A stretch of 64,000 bases of DNA, taken from Centroscyllium fabricii. Its lineage: Eukaryota. Positions within the stretch are counted from its first letter, which is position 1; the number at the start of each line of letters is the position of its first letter. Below are positions 36,190 to 47,965 of this stretch, piece by piece. The notes below the pieces were generated by a model. The model did not search any database and was not told the origin of the DNA. It saw only the letters and a program-made list of their open reading frames with translations. The DNA lies in assembly GCA_051313645.2 (NCBI GenBank), contig JBNRSN020000005.1:64728001-64792000 (forward strand). Reading direction: 5' to 3'. The translations under genes were made by a program, and so were the position numbers.

Positions 36190-36870
36190 TATGCCCAGAA
36201 ATTTGGATGTGCAGTGGGAAGGGGTGGGCGCAGTGTCCATTCCCTTTGCCTGAATGGTGAGGCCCGAGGCTCCCCAGATATAATAGAGTTGTGGTGGCAA
36301 GGAGCCTGTTGGTAAAGATTTGGGTAATATTGGGCTTCTGCTAGCCTCGCAGTGGTCCTCAGGTAAGTGGGTCCAGGGGTTGGGCCAGGATCGAGGGTGG
36401 GGGCTGGGTCTGGTGGTCGGGTCCATAATTGGGTCACGCAGGGGCTGGGGTTCATCTGCGATCAAGGGTCGGTAGAGAAGGCCGTTGGGTGGAGGGGGGG
36501 GAGGGTCATGGGGGGGTCATGGGGAGGGGGATCAGGGGAGGGAGTGGTGGATATTTGGGGAGAGGATCAAGGGTCGGGGCCGGGAGCTGGGAGATTGGGG
36601 TTCAGGGCCGTGTGCGGCAGTGATGGTGGGGAGGGGGAGCTGTGGTAATCAGTTTAGGTCGGGAGGAGCACCCCTGCAGTTCCTGGTGCCACATTCAGGC
36701 AAGTTACTTACCTTCTTGGTTGGCAGGTGATCTCTATTAACTGGTTTCCAGTGCACCCAGCGATGGCGCTGGCTGTTTAAAGAAAAGGGGTCCTCAAGCA
36801 GACATGAAGCCCTTTATTTGCATATGCAAAGGGCCTAATGCCTACTTCAGGTGTGGGCAAAGGACGGCTA
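36190..36870. repeat. Degraded G-rich MITE-like repeat
   Basis: gcccagaaattt start like the other MITEs, then a G-rich low-complexity tract. Confidence 0.35.
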
Positions 36871-38124
36871 TTTTTTTTCCTTTTGCAATGTGGTTAGGCT
36901 CACTTCCAGCAGACTGTCAGAGAGGAGGACGTGAAACTTTAATGAAAGATGTAGATACCCAGAGAGTAATGTGGTGACCAATGCAGATTGATGCAGTGAG
37001 TTCGCTCTTAGTCCTGGATTAGTGGAAAATAAATTCCTCTCTAAGGAGAGCTGTAATTATATCTGTGGTCCATCTTCAATGGGCCTTTTGTGAAGGAGTT
37101 GTCAGCTGATCCCTTGCTCTGCAGCAACAGCTTCCAGCTCCAGGATTTTTCAGGACTTATAGTCTGAGAGGGAGGATGAGAAGATACAGTCCAGGGCAGT
37201 TTTGCACCATTCGAAATCAGTGAGCTAATTCACTGCTAACTATAGGAAGCGGAATTTTTTCAAACTCAGTGGCTGAAGGTCACTCCATTATCGCCTGTAG
37301 GTCATCTGTTGTGCCTATGCACTGAAACATTGCACGTATGCAGAAGAAGTGACCTGTGGTGGATTTTTGAAAATTCATTTATGGGGTGTGGGCATTGCTG
37401 GCAAGGCCAGCATTTATTGCCCATCCCTAATTACCCTTGAGAAGGTGGTGGTGAGCTGCTTTCTAGAACCGCTGCAGTCGTGTGGTGAAGGTACTCCCAC
37501 AGTGCTGTTATGGAGGGAGTTCTGGGATTTTGACCCCACGATGATGAAGGATCAGTGATATACTTCTAAGTCAGGATGGTGTGTGACTTGGAGGGTAACT
37601 TGGAGGTGGTGGTGTTCCCATGCACTTGCTGCCCTTGTCCTTCTAGGTTGAAGAGGTCGTGGGTTTGCGAGGTGCTGCTGAAGAAGCCTTGGCAAGTTGC
37701 TGCAGTGCATCTTGTAGCTGGTTCACACTGCAGCCATGGTACACCGGTGGAGGGAGTGAATATTTAAGGTGGTGAATGGGGTGCCAATCAAGTGGGCTGC
37801 TTTGTCCTGGATGGTGTCGAGCTTCTTGAGTGTTGCAGCTGCACTCATCCAGACAAGTGGAGAGTATTCCATCACACTCCTTACTTGTGCCTTCTAGATG
37901 GTGGAAAGACTTTGGGAAGTCAGGAGGTGAGACACTTGCCGCAGAATACCTAGCCTCTGACCTGCTCTTGTTGCTACAGTATTTATGTGGCTGGTCCAGT
38001 TAAGTTTCTGGTCAATGGTGACCTCCAGGATGTTGATGGTGGGGTATTCGGCGATGGTAATGCTGTTGAATGTCATGGGGAGTTGGTTAGACTCTCACTT
38101 ATTGGAGATAGTCATTGCCTGGCA

Positions 38125-40934
38125 ATTGCAGGAGTTGGTCCAGGCGCGGACATCCTTGCGCAGGCCGCGCCAAACGAATCGCGCAGAGATGAGCTTTGTG
38201 GACGCGCGGACACCAGGGTGGGACAGGTCATGTAGGGTCTGAAAGATGTGTCGCCTCCATGCGTGGGGGACGACGGGTCTGGGCTGCAGGAGGGAGACGT
38301 CGCAGCGGACCTCCGTGGCTGTGGGCCCGTGTGCTACGGTGGCCAAGAGCAGGCCGGGGAGGTTGGTAGCGGGGTCGAGCAGATCGGGGTCGGTTAGTTG
38401 GTCGGCCGCCATTTTGGTGTAGTCGACGGCCGTTTGAATGGAGTTGATGGTGGGGCGTGAGAGGCAGTCAGCGACCACGTTGTCGCGGCCGGCGATGTGC
38501 TGAATGTCGGTCGTGAATTCCGACACAGCCGCGAGCTGGCGCTGCTGCCTGGCCGACCAGGGTTCAGAGATCTTAGCCATTGCAGACACAAGTGGCTTGT
38601 GATCCACGAAGGCTGTAAAGTGGCGGCCCTCTAGGAGGAAGCGGAAGTGGCGCACCGCGAGGTAGAGAGCGAGTAGCTCCCTATCGAAGGCGCTGTACTT
38701 GACCTCCGGGGGCCGGAGTTGCCGGCTGAAAAAGGCCAGGGGTTGCCAGGAGTCGCCTGTCCACTGCTCAAAGACTGCTCCGACAGCGCGGTCAGAGGCG
38801 TCGGTGGTGAGGGCTACTCTGGCGTTGGGCCTAGGGTGGGCTAGGAGCGTGGCATTGGCCAGGGCGGTTTTGGTTGCGGTGAAGGCGGTGGAGGCTTCGG
38901 CTGTCCACTCGACCGCAGCCTTGTTGGACTGCCCGCGGGTGGCGTGGTAGAGGGGGGCCATGGGATGAAGCGGTTGTAGAAATGAACCATCCCAAGGAAT
39001 TCCTGCAGCCCCTTGATGGAGTGCGGGCGGGGGAATTCCTGGACCGCCTGCACCTTGGAGGGCAAGGGTATGGCCCCGGTCTGGGAGATGTGGTGGCCGA
39101 GGAAGTCGATCGTCTCGAGGCCGAATCGACATTTGGAGGGGCTTAATATAAGGCCGTGTTCGGCCAGGCGGTTGAAAAGGGCCCTGAGATGGAGGAGGTG
39201 TTCCTGGGGGGAGGTGCTGGCCATGAGGATGTCGTCGAGATAGACGAACGTGAACTGCAAGTCCCGTAGGACTGAGTCCATGAGGCGCTGGAAGGCCTGG
39301 GCCGCGTTTTTGAGTCCGAAGGGCATTCGGAGGAATTCAAATAAGCCAAATGGGGTAATGACGGCTGTCTTAGGGACGTCCGCCGGGTGCACCGGTACCT
39401 GGTGGTAGCCCCGTACCAGGTCGATCTTAGAAAAGACCGTGCAGCCGGCTAGCCTGGCTGAGAAATCTTGGATGTGGGGGACGGGGTACCTGTCTGGGGT
39501 GGTGGCGTTGTTGAGGTGGCGGTAGTCTCTGCAGGGGCGCCAGCCACCGCCCGGCTTGGGGGCGATGTGGAGGGGAGAGGCCCAGGGGCTGCTGGAGCGG
39601 CGGATTATGCCGAGTTGTTCCATGATGTGGAACTCGGCGCGCGCGATCTCCAGCTTGGCTGGGTCCAGCCTGCGTGTGTGGGCATGGACTGGAGGGCCTG
39701 TGGTAGTGATGTGATGCTCCACCCCGTGCATGGCCGTGCGGGCTGTGAAGGTGGGGTTGGTTAGGGCTGGGAACTCCGCGAGCAGCGTGGCGTACGTGTC
39801 GGAGTTCCGGGCTCGGCAGTGGGATGCCGCGTGGGTTTGGTGTGCCGGCCTTGTGGAGCATGGGATGGTCGACATGTTGTGGATGTCGACCAGGCGGCGT
39901 CGGGTAACGTCGACCAGTAGGCCGTGGGCGCACAGAAAGTCGGCCCCGAGTAGGGGTATTTTGACTTGTGCTGTGATGAAGTCCCACTTGTACGTGTGGC
40001 CTGCTAGCTTGATGGTAAGCTGGCGGGTGCCGCACGTAACAATCTCGGAGCCGTTTGCAGCTTCGAGTGGTGGGCCTTGGGTGCCTTGCTTGGTTTCTGC
40101 GGGGGAGGCTGGCACGATGCTGTGCTGCGCGCCTGTGTCGCAGAGGAAGCGGAGGCCTGAGCTACTGTCCGTGACGAAGAGCAGTGCTCCGGAGCGGCCT
40201 ACGGACATGGTGGGGCTTGGGCTGGTTTGGGGTTGGAAGGTGCAGGGCTGGACGCAGCGCTGCGCTTTGGCTTCGAATCTGGTGTGGTAGTAGCACCAGC
40301 CTGGGCCCGTAGTGCATGGTTTTTTGTGGGTCCGCACCGCTCTGGGTTGGGACCTGGGCCTGGGGTGCGCGTAGTACTGCTCCGGTGGAGCGGCAGTGGT
40401 TTGGCGCGTGGCGGCTCGGGTGCGCTCGGCCCTCATCAGCTTGTCGGCCTCCTGGGCCAGTTGCTTGTTGGAGTAGTGCTCCAGGACCATCAGAGCCGGT
40501 CTGACGGAGAGTGGCAGTTTAAGGAGGTACAAGGCGCGCTTAATGGTGGCCGGGTCGCAGTTAAGCGCTTCAAATTGGGCCCAAAGGTCGGATGGGTCTG
40601 CGTCCCCTAGGTCGGGGAGGTTGATGAGCTGGCAGTCGCGCTCAAATATGGTGGGGGTAAATTTTTCTAGCAGCGCGGCCTTAAGCGTTTCATACCTGCC
40701 AGCAGTTGGTTCTTGCTGGATGGAGCCCCACATTCGGTCGATTGTGGGCTGCGAAAGGGCCGCGAAGAGCAGGCTGTAACGATCGTCCCCCTGCACGCCA
40801 TAGATGCGGTAGGTGTTCTCCGTGTTGAGGAACCAGGCCGCTGGACGGAGTTCCCAGAACTCAGGTAGGTTTGGGATTTGGCCGAAGTGCTGGCCCCGTC
40901 TGTGGTGGCGTGCTGTTTCGATCCCTGCTGGCAT
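38125..40934 (-). pseudogene. gag-pol of the CsRn1-like element (gag, protease, RT, RNase H)
   Basis: CDTGA, PDRYPVPHI, YLDD, TDAS, YSAFDRELLA, ADCLSR; one frameshift near 38960. Confidence 0.88.
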
Positions 40935-41310
40935 GGTGGTTGTGATTCAACTGAGGCAGCTTGGCCCTCAGTCCTGCAGCGACTGCTTCATTGTTCCCTT
41001 GGAATTCGTTCCAAGTATCGAGGTCACCATTGTAGAGGCATGCAGGGCCGAAGAACCACACTGGACACAGAAGATTCTGAAAGTTATCATTTATTGTTAA
41101 CTCAGCTGGGGCCAGGTGGAGAAAGAGGCTGAGCCACCTGGAACCAGGGTATTTAAAGGTCCCGCGGTTGGTGACGTCACTGCCGGGTATCCACCTGGCG
41201 ACGTCATCACGCCGGAAGTCGCGGTGACATCATCACGCCGCCCGGCGGGCGGGGCCGTCTCGCAGCACTCCCGAGGCGGATTCGATGGTTCTGGTGGGCG
41301 TGTCACCACA
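38125..41310 (-). mobile_element. Ty3/Gypsy element, CsRn1 clade, 5' LTR only, truncated in the integrase HHCC region
   Basis: LTR 41031-41310 (TG...CA, tttaaa, aataaa), PBS TGGTGACCtCGA (tRNA-Trp-like), CYYH...C...C gag finger. Confidence 0.88.
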
Positions 41311-43613
41311 ACCTCCAGGATGTTGATGGTGGGGTATTCGGCGATGGTAATGCTGTTGAATGTCATGGGGAGTTGGTTAGACTCTCACTTATTGGAGATA
41401 GGTATTGCCTGGCACTTCTGTGGCGTGAATGTGATCATTTAAGTTGCCCGAAAAGAACCTGATTTATAGGCTGCCATGTGACTAGTGTGAACAGGGGCTA
41501 GAAATGCTGAAATCCCAGTCAAACACAGACTGCTGGTAATTAAATCAGTAACTCATCAAGATGAGGATATGTTAATAGCCATTGATTTTTGCTGAACAGG
41601 TACAGGCAGCCTGATATTTTAATCAGAACGACAAAGACTCTTTTTTATATAGCGCCTTTAACGTAGTAAAACGTCTCAAGGTGTTTCACAGGAGTGGTAT
41701 CAGACAAAATAAGTTGCAATATTTATTAAACTATTCATTACTATGGAGATCCCGTATGTGTCCTAATTGTCTCCTTAGTTTTAATGAAGTTGATGTCCAA
41801 GAGTGTATGATTTATGAAAGAAGTATATTTATGTGTAACACAATGGAAATGGCATCCATTAAATGAATGGGTGAGATCAATGATGCTTTGATTTTATGGC
41901 CCTAGTGTTCCTAATTCCTGCAGGTTCTAATCTACCTCTACATGCTGTGGTTAAAGGAGCACCACCAGCATCAATCCCAGGAGATTCCTGAGATGTCACT
42001 GCCCTACATCCAAGAGGGCAGAGGTGAGTTCTACTGACACCAATGCAAGACATAAACCCTAAAAGCTGTCTCGCCTCGCACTGCAAGAGTGCAAATCCTG
42101 ACAAGGTGCACTGATCTGTTGGAGCACAGGACAATGTTGCTCCTGCTGGTCTGCAGTATGGTTCCGAATGAGTCAAAGTTGACCTTCATAGCATCCTGCA
42201 TTTTGTCACCTAAGACTCCCATAGCTGCAGTCTGAGCAGCCATCTGAGCTGCATAAACTGTGCTTATGAAGCTGCATCACCATGTGCCACAGCAACTGTC
42301 ACTTCAGACCCCAGACTCAAGAAGCCTTCTTCAACCTTATCCATGTACTTGAAACTGCTCAAGATGCTGGACACTCTTTCAAAGCATCCAGACCTTGCAC
42401 ACAATGCTTCTAGGGAGCCAAATGAAGTGAGCACACCACACACATGGTCCAGTATTCTCTGCTCAAAGTGTCCACTAAAAGGCCTACTTCATCACATGTG
42501 TCTGGAAGGGGCTTAAAGTGGCTGGAGCACCACACAGCAGCTCCAAGTCTCTTTGAAGACTCTCCTGGTGGAAAGCCTGTCACTAATAATGCTGCTACCT
42601 TCACCAAGTGAACACAGCTGTCCCTTCGCATTCCGTAAATTAGCATCCATCGTAGAAAACCTCATGCCAGGCACACGAGCACCTGATCTTAGTGCTGTAA
42701 TTGTGCTCAGCCTAAAGCAGCCTCTCTTTTCTCCAAGACTTCATTTACAAATACAGACAGAGACATATCTGTTAGTGAGCCTTCCCCTGTGTGCAGTTGA
42801 GACATAGTAACCCTGGAAGGGTAATGTGTGCAATTGGTTTAACATCACTGCGGGTTATATGTAAGAGATCAGCCACTTCAGAAGTTTGAAACCGGTGCTA
42901 AGAGGTAAATCAGGATTGGATGATTTCCAGGATTAACACTGTTGCCAAAGTGATATAAGATTGGTCCTAGCGGAAAACACATTTGATTACATATGGAAGA
43001 ACTTTGACATCAATAATCTGGAAAAATTGGGATATTAACAGTCTGAAGACCAATATTGCCATCAGTGTGCATTGGGCACATATATACAGGTTGTAACAGT
43101 CCAAAGGTATTGCACTTGTCGGTGGTGCTGTCAGCCTAATGTTACATAACATAATGTTATGCATTTATGATGAGTTAGACCAGTGCTCAGGGCTTGAATG
43201 GAAAGTTTATTTTGGTTCAAACATGCAAAATTGGATTTGAATTAAACTGAAAAGTGTACAGTTTGAAACTCTTTCAACATTTCATTTACATTGAAGTACT
43301 GCAAATGTGTGGACTTTCTCCAGTCTGAGAACAAGATTCCAACACTCTATCAATGTGAAAACTGCATTGCTTTTTTGTAGCGAAGTCGATAACCTAATTA
43401 AAAGGTGACAAGTCGGTACCGAATAGAAGGCTTTTAATTACTAAAGAATGGAGCTACTCTCCTCACGAGTTACAATACAGGAATGAATGAACTTGGGTCA
43501 GACCACACCTATACCGGGGCCTCACCTGGGGGAGGAGTCGGGGGTGTGGCTGACCTGGTTCTCGGCAGTGTCATAACAAACAGGGCTGTGCCTAACAGTT
43601 GCACAGCCCATTA

Positions 43614-46100
43614 TTAGCAGTGGTTATACAATGGTAATATAGTGGTAATATAATGGTTACCACATTCACCCCTTCTTAAAAACTTTGAGTCCGGGGGGGG
43701 TGAATGGATGGAACAGTTCATAATTAGTCTGTCCGGCGGTCGTGTCTGCCTGGCGGACCGCCGGAGCTCCGGTGTTGGTGGTGATGCCTCCCCGGTCGAA
43801 TAGCCCGCGTCTGTCGGCACTGTGGCTTCTGGACGTGGTGGGCTCGGCTGGGCCCCGGCGTCTGGGACGTAGTCGGGAAAACTCGGGGTCCATCTCGTGT
43901 CAGGTGGTTGGTCGACCTGCTGGCCAGCAGGGGGCGCTGTGGTGGTGTTACCGGCCGGGGCCAGGTCCCTGATGGACACGGTGTCCTCACACCCATCTGG
44001 GAACTGCACAAAGGCGTAGTGCGGGTTGGCGTGTAGGAGCTGTACCTTGTCCACCAGGGGGACCGTCTTCTGGTTCCGGACGTGCCTTCTAAGCAAAATC
44101 GGCCCCGGAGTCGTCAGCCATGGGGGGAGTGCCGTCCCCGAAGTCGATTTCCTGTTAAAGGAGAAAATAAGATCATGCGGGGTGGCGTTAGTAGCAGTAC
44201 ATAGTAGTGATCGGATAGAGTGCAGCGCATCTGGGAGGACTGCCTGCCAATGGGACACTGGAAGGCCTCTGGACTTGAGAGCCAGGGTGACCGCCTTCCA
44301 GATGATCCCATTCTCCCTTTCTACCTGGCCGTTCCCCCGGGGGTTATAACTGGTTGTTCTGCTCGTGGCAACCCCTTTTTGGAGCAGGAACTGGCGCAGT
44401 TCATCGCTCATGAACGATGACCCCCGGTCGCTATGGATGTAGCTGGGGAGACCGAAAATGGCGAACAGCGTGGTGAAGTGTTTGATCACCGTTGCGCTCG
44501 TCATATCTGGGCAGGGGAAGGCGAAGGGGAAGCGGGAGAACTCATCCACTACCGTGAGGAAGTATGAGTTGCGGTCGGTGGAAGGGAGGGGGCCTTTGAA
44601 GTCCACGCTGAGACGTTCAAAGGGGCGGGTGGCCTTGATGTGGTGAGTCGTGTCTGGCCGGAAAAAGTGGGGTTTGCACTCGGCACAGACAGGGCACCCT
44701 TGGGTCATAGCCTTGATCTCCGTGATGGAGTAGGGGAGGCTACGGGATTTGACGAAATGGGCGAGTCTGGTGACACCCGGGTGGCAAAGGCGGTCGTGGA
44801 GGTCCTTCAGCCGGTCTAGCTGGGCACTGGCGCACGTTCCCCTGGACAGTGCGTCCGGGGGTTCATTGAGTTTGCCTGGTCGGTAAAGAATGTCGTACTC
44901 GTAAGTCGAGAGTTCGATCCGCCACCGCAGGATCTTATCATTCTTGATTTTACCCCGTAGTTTATTATTAAACATAAACGCTACCGACCGTTGGTCGGTG
45001 AGCAGGGTAAAACGCTTACCGGCCAGGTAATGACGCCAGTAGCGCACGGCCTCCACAATGGCCTGGGCCTCCTTTTCCACTGCTGAGTGGCGAGTTTCGG
45101 GTCCCTGTAAGGTGCGGGAGAAAAACGCTATGGGCCTGCCTGCCTGATTCAGGGTGGCAGCAAGGGCAAAGTCCGAAGCGTCACTCTCCACCTGGAAGGG
45201 GATGGATTCATCAACAACGAGCATGGTCGCTTTGATAATATCTTCCTTTATCCTTGCGAATGCCTTTTGGGCTTCTACAGAAAGGGGGAAGACTGCAGCC
45301 TTGAGGAGTGGTCTAGCCTTGTCTGCGAACTGTGGGACCCATTGTGCATAATAGGAGAAAAATCCTAGGCATCTCCTCAAGGCTTTGGGGTTGTGAGGTA
45401 GGGGCAGTTCTAGCAGGGGTCGCATACGCTGTGGGTCGGGGCCGAGGACCCCGTTCTCCACCACATATCCGAGGATGGCGAGCCGGTTTGTATTAAAGAC
45501 ACATTTGTCTTTGTTATACGTAAGGTCCAGCTTAGCCGCCGTGTCGAGGAATTTGGCCAGATTGGCATCGTGGTCCTGCTGGTCGTGGCCGCAGATGGTC
45601 ACGTTGTCCAGGTAGGGGAAAGTGGCCTGCAAGTCGTTTTGGTCAACCATACGGTCCATCTCCCATTGGAACACGGACACTCCGTTGGTCACGCCAAAGG
45701 GGACCCGGAGGAAGTGGTAAAGCCGACTGTTCGCCTCGAAGGCGGTGTAGGGGCGGTCAGCTTTCCGAATCGGGAGCTGGTGATACGCCGATTTAAGGTC
45801 GATCGTGGAGAACACCTTGTACTGGGCGATCTGATTGACCATTTCCGAGATGCGGGGAAGGGGGTAGGCGTCGAGCCCGGTGTAGCGGTTGATAGTCTGG
45901 CTGTAATCGATAACCAGCCGTTGTTTCTCCCCAGACTTCACCACTACAACTTGGGCGTGCCAGGGGCTGGTGCTGGCTTCAATAATCCCCTCCTTCAGCA
46001 TCCGCCCGACCTCCGACCTGATAAACGTGCGATCCCCCTCACTGTACCGCCGAGTCTTTGTAGCAATAGGTTTGCACTTCGGATCTAGGTTGGCGAACAG
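43614..46100 (-). CDS. pol (RT, RNase H, integrase) of element A
   Basis: YLDN RT, ESDAS RNase H, HxxxxH...CxxC, SDRGSSF, NGQVER; open frame. Confidence 0.9.
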   Translation of the reverse strand: MFANLDPKCKPIATKTRRYSEGDRTFIRSEVGRMLKEGIIEASTSPWHAQVVVVKSGEKQRLVIDYSQTINRYTGLDAYPLPRISEMVNQIAQYKVFSTIDLKSAYHQLPIRKADRPYTAFEANSRLYHFLRVPFGVTNGVSVFQWEMDRMVDQNDLQATFPYLDNVTICGHDQQDHDANLAKFLDTAAKLDLTYNKDKCVFNTNRLAILGYVVENGVLGPDPQRMRPLLELPLPHNPKALRRCLGFFSYYAQWVPQFADKARPLLKAAVFPLSVEAQKAFARIKEDIIKATMLVVDESIPFQVESDASDFALAATLNQAGRPIAFFSRTLQGPETRHSAVEKEAQAIVEAVRYWRHYLAGKRFTLLTDQRSVAFMFNNKLRGKIKNDKILRWRIELSTYEYDILYRPGKLNEPPDALSRGTCASAQLDRLKDLHDRLCHPGVTRLAHFVKSRSLPYSITEIKAMTQGCPVCAECKPHFFRPDTTHHIKATRPFERLSVDFKGPLPSTDRNSYFLTVVDEFSRFPFAFPCPDMTSATVIKHFTTLFAIFGLPSYIHSDRGSSFMSDELRQFLLQKGVATSRTTSYNPRGNGQVERENGIIWKAVTLALKSRGLPVSHWQAVLPDALHSIRSLLCTATNATPHDLIFSFNRKSTSGTALPPWLTTPGPILLRRHVRNQKTVPLVDKVQLLHANPHYAFVQFPDGCEDTVSIRDLAPAGNTTTAPPAGQQVDQPPDTRWTPSFPDYVPDAGAQPSPPRPEATVPTDAGYSTGEASPPTPELRRSARQTRPPDRLIMNCSIHSPPPDSKFLRRGECGNHYITTILPLYNHC

Positions 46101-47965
46101 CGAGGGGGGGGTCGATTCTCAGGGTGGAGAGGCCGCAGGCCGGGGTCCACTTCGGGGGGGGGATTGTCCCGGCTACTGAGGGTGAGGGGGGGCAAGGTCC
46201 CGCCGAACTCCATTGTCACACTCCTGAAGTGGCACTGGAAGTCCAAGCCTAGTAAGGCTGGGGCACACAACCGTTTGAGGGTATACAATTTAAAATTACG
46301 GTACACGCGCCCCTGGATGGTGAGCGTGACGGAGCAGTAGCCAGTGACGTCCGCGGTGTGGGACTGTGAAGCTAGGGACACTTGGTAGTTGGTGGGCAGA
46401 ATCTGCAGTCCGCAGCGCCGCACTGTATCGGGGTGAATAAAGCTCTCGGTACTGCCCGTGTCGAGAAGGCAGTCGACAGTATGGTTATTAATCCCAATCG
46501 ATATGATTGAGTTAGACAGGTGATGGGGCCTGCTTTGACTAACTCTGGCTGCAGCAGCCCCTGCTGATAGGGACTGTGCACAAAATGGCGCCGCCCCTGG
46601 CTCGCACATGGAGGGGCCCTGGATGCAAGATGGCGCTGCCCCTGGCTCGCACATGGAGGGGCCCTGGATGCAAGATGGCGTCGCCCCTGGCCCGCAGCTG
46701 GTGGGACCCCGTGTAAAAGATGGCGGCGCCCCTGGCTCACACATGGAGGGGCCCTGGATGCAAGATGGCGCCTTCCGTGGCTCACACATGGAGGGGCCTA
46801 GGTTGTGGAGTGGCGTTTCTGAGGGGCTCTGACGCGCTGGCGGCGCCCGTGATTCGCACACAGCAAACCGCGGTGGTCGGGTTGGCGGTGCCCGTGATTT
46901 GCACACAGCAAACCGCGGTGAACGCGCTGGCGGCACCCGTGATTCGCACGCAGCGAACCGCGGTGAACGCGCTGGCGGTGCCCATGATTCGCATGCAGCG
47001 AACCGCGGTGGTCGGGTTGGCGGTGCCCGTGATTCGCACGCAGCCGGCCGCGTTGTAGGGTCGCGCTTGGCCGGTCGCCGCTGCATCGGGGTGGGGGAAG
47101 GGGGCGCTTGCCGTCGCTGGATTGCACTGCTAACGCAGCTTACCTGCTGGTGGTTGATCTCACAGGCTGCACTGTTGTACCTTTTCTTAATCGCTGCTGG
47201 AGCCGATTTGCAGACCTTGGCGAAGTGTCCCTTCTTTGCGCATTTCTCGCAGGTCGCTACCCTGGCTGGGCATTTCGCTCTGGGATGCAATCCTTGGCCG
47301 CAGAAGTAACAGTGCTTGTTTTTAATGTTTTTAGTGTCCGTGGTGGCCGTCGCGGCCATCGTGGGGCTCTCGGGCCGTGGCGCCTGTTGTGGCGCGGCCC
47401 ATACATTGTAGGCTTGCTGGTTTGTGCTGCCGTATGTCTGTGATTTATTACGGGCCCCTTCCACCGATTTGGCCAACGTGGTTGCCTCCTCAAGGGTCAA
47501 GTTATCCCTTTCCAGTAGCCTCTGACGGGCTTCTCCGCATCTCAGCCCAGAAACATAAGCGTCCCGAATGAGGAGTTCTTCCTCCTGTGCAATAGTTAAT
47601 GTGCCCTTGCAGCCACATGCCCGTACCAGGGCCCGGAGCGCTTGCTCAAACTCCTCGTTAGACTCACCCGGTAGCTGGGATCGGGTCGCTAGCATGTGTC
47701 GGGCGTAGACGGAATGGACCGGGCGCTCATAGCACTTCTTGAGGGTCGCCACAGTTTCTTCGTATATAGTAATGTCCATGACGAGGGTGAAAACCCTGCT
47801 GGAGATCCTGGATCTCAGGACTTGTAGCTTGTCCCCGTCCGTAGTAGCCTTGGCGGCTGCTGTATAGGCCTGTAGTAGGCCGAACCAGTGCTTGAAGGTA
47901 GCTGGTGCCGCGGCGTCCTGGGGGCTAATGTCCAGCTCCCTAGGCTTTACCGTGTTGCTCTCCAT
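46085..47965 (-). CDS. gag-protease of element A
   Basis: CYFCG...H...C and CEKCAKKGHFAKVC knuckles, Pro/Cys tandem repeats, LDTGS protease. Confidence 0.88.
   Translation of the reverse strand: MESNTVKPRELDISPQDAAAPATFKHWFGLLQAYTAAAKATTDGDKLQVLRSRISSRVFTLVMDITIYEETVATLKKCYERPVHSVYARHMLATRSQLPGESNEEFEQALRALVRACGCKGTLTIAQEEELLIRDAYVSGLRCGEARQRLLERDNLTLEEATTLAKSVEGARNKSQTYGSTNQQAYNVWAAPQQAPRPESPTMAATATTDTKNIKNKHCYFCGQGLHPRAKCPARVATCEKCAKKGHFAKVCKSAPAAIKKRYNSAACEINHQQVSCVSSAIQRRQAPPSPTPMQRRPAKRDPTTRPAACESRAPPTRPPRFAACESWAPPARSPRFAACESRVPPARSPRFAVCKSRAPPTRPPRFAVCESRAPPARQSPSETPLHNLGPSMCEPRKAPSCIQGPSMCEPGAPPSFTRGPTSCGPGATPSCIQGPSMCEPGAAPSCIQGPSMCEPGAAPFCAQSLSAGAAAARVSQSRPHHLSNSIISIGINNHTVDCLLDTGSTESFIHPDTVRRCGLQILPTNYQVSLASQSHTADVTGYCSVTLTIQGRVYRNFKLYTLKRLCAPALLGLDFQCHFRSVTMEFGGTLPPLTLSSRDNPPPEVDPGLRPLHPENRPPPRCSPT

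Larger units (their letters stand above)
37372..41440 (-). mobile_element. CR1/L2-group LINE 3' fragment split by the CsRn1-like element
   Basis: INILEVTIDQKLNWTSHINTVATRAGQRLGIL; homologous to 48885-49575; pieces 37372-38124 and 41311-41440. Confidence 0.75.

Noticed and set aside
41880-42900. Possible decayed coding region
   Set aside because: No continuous frame or recognisable motif.
43614-43700. pol of element A reading into the 3' LTR
   Set aside because: Caused by a length difference in a G-run relative to element B; probably slippage or sequencing error.
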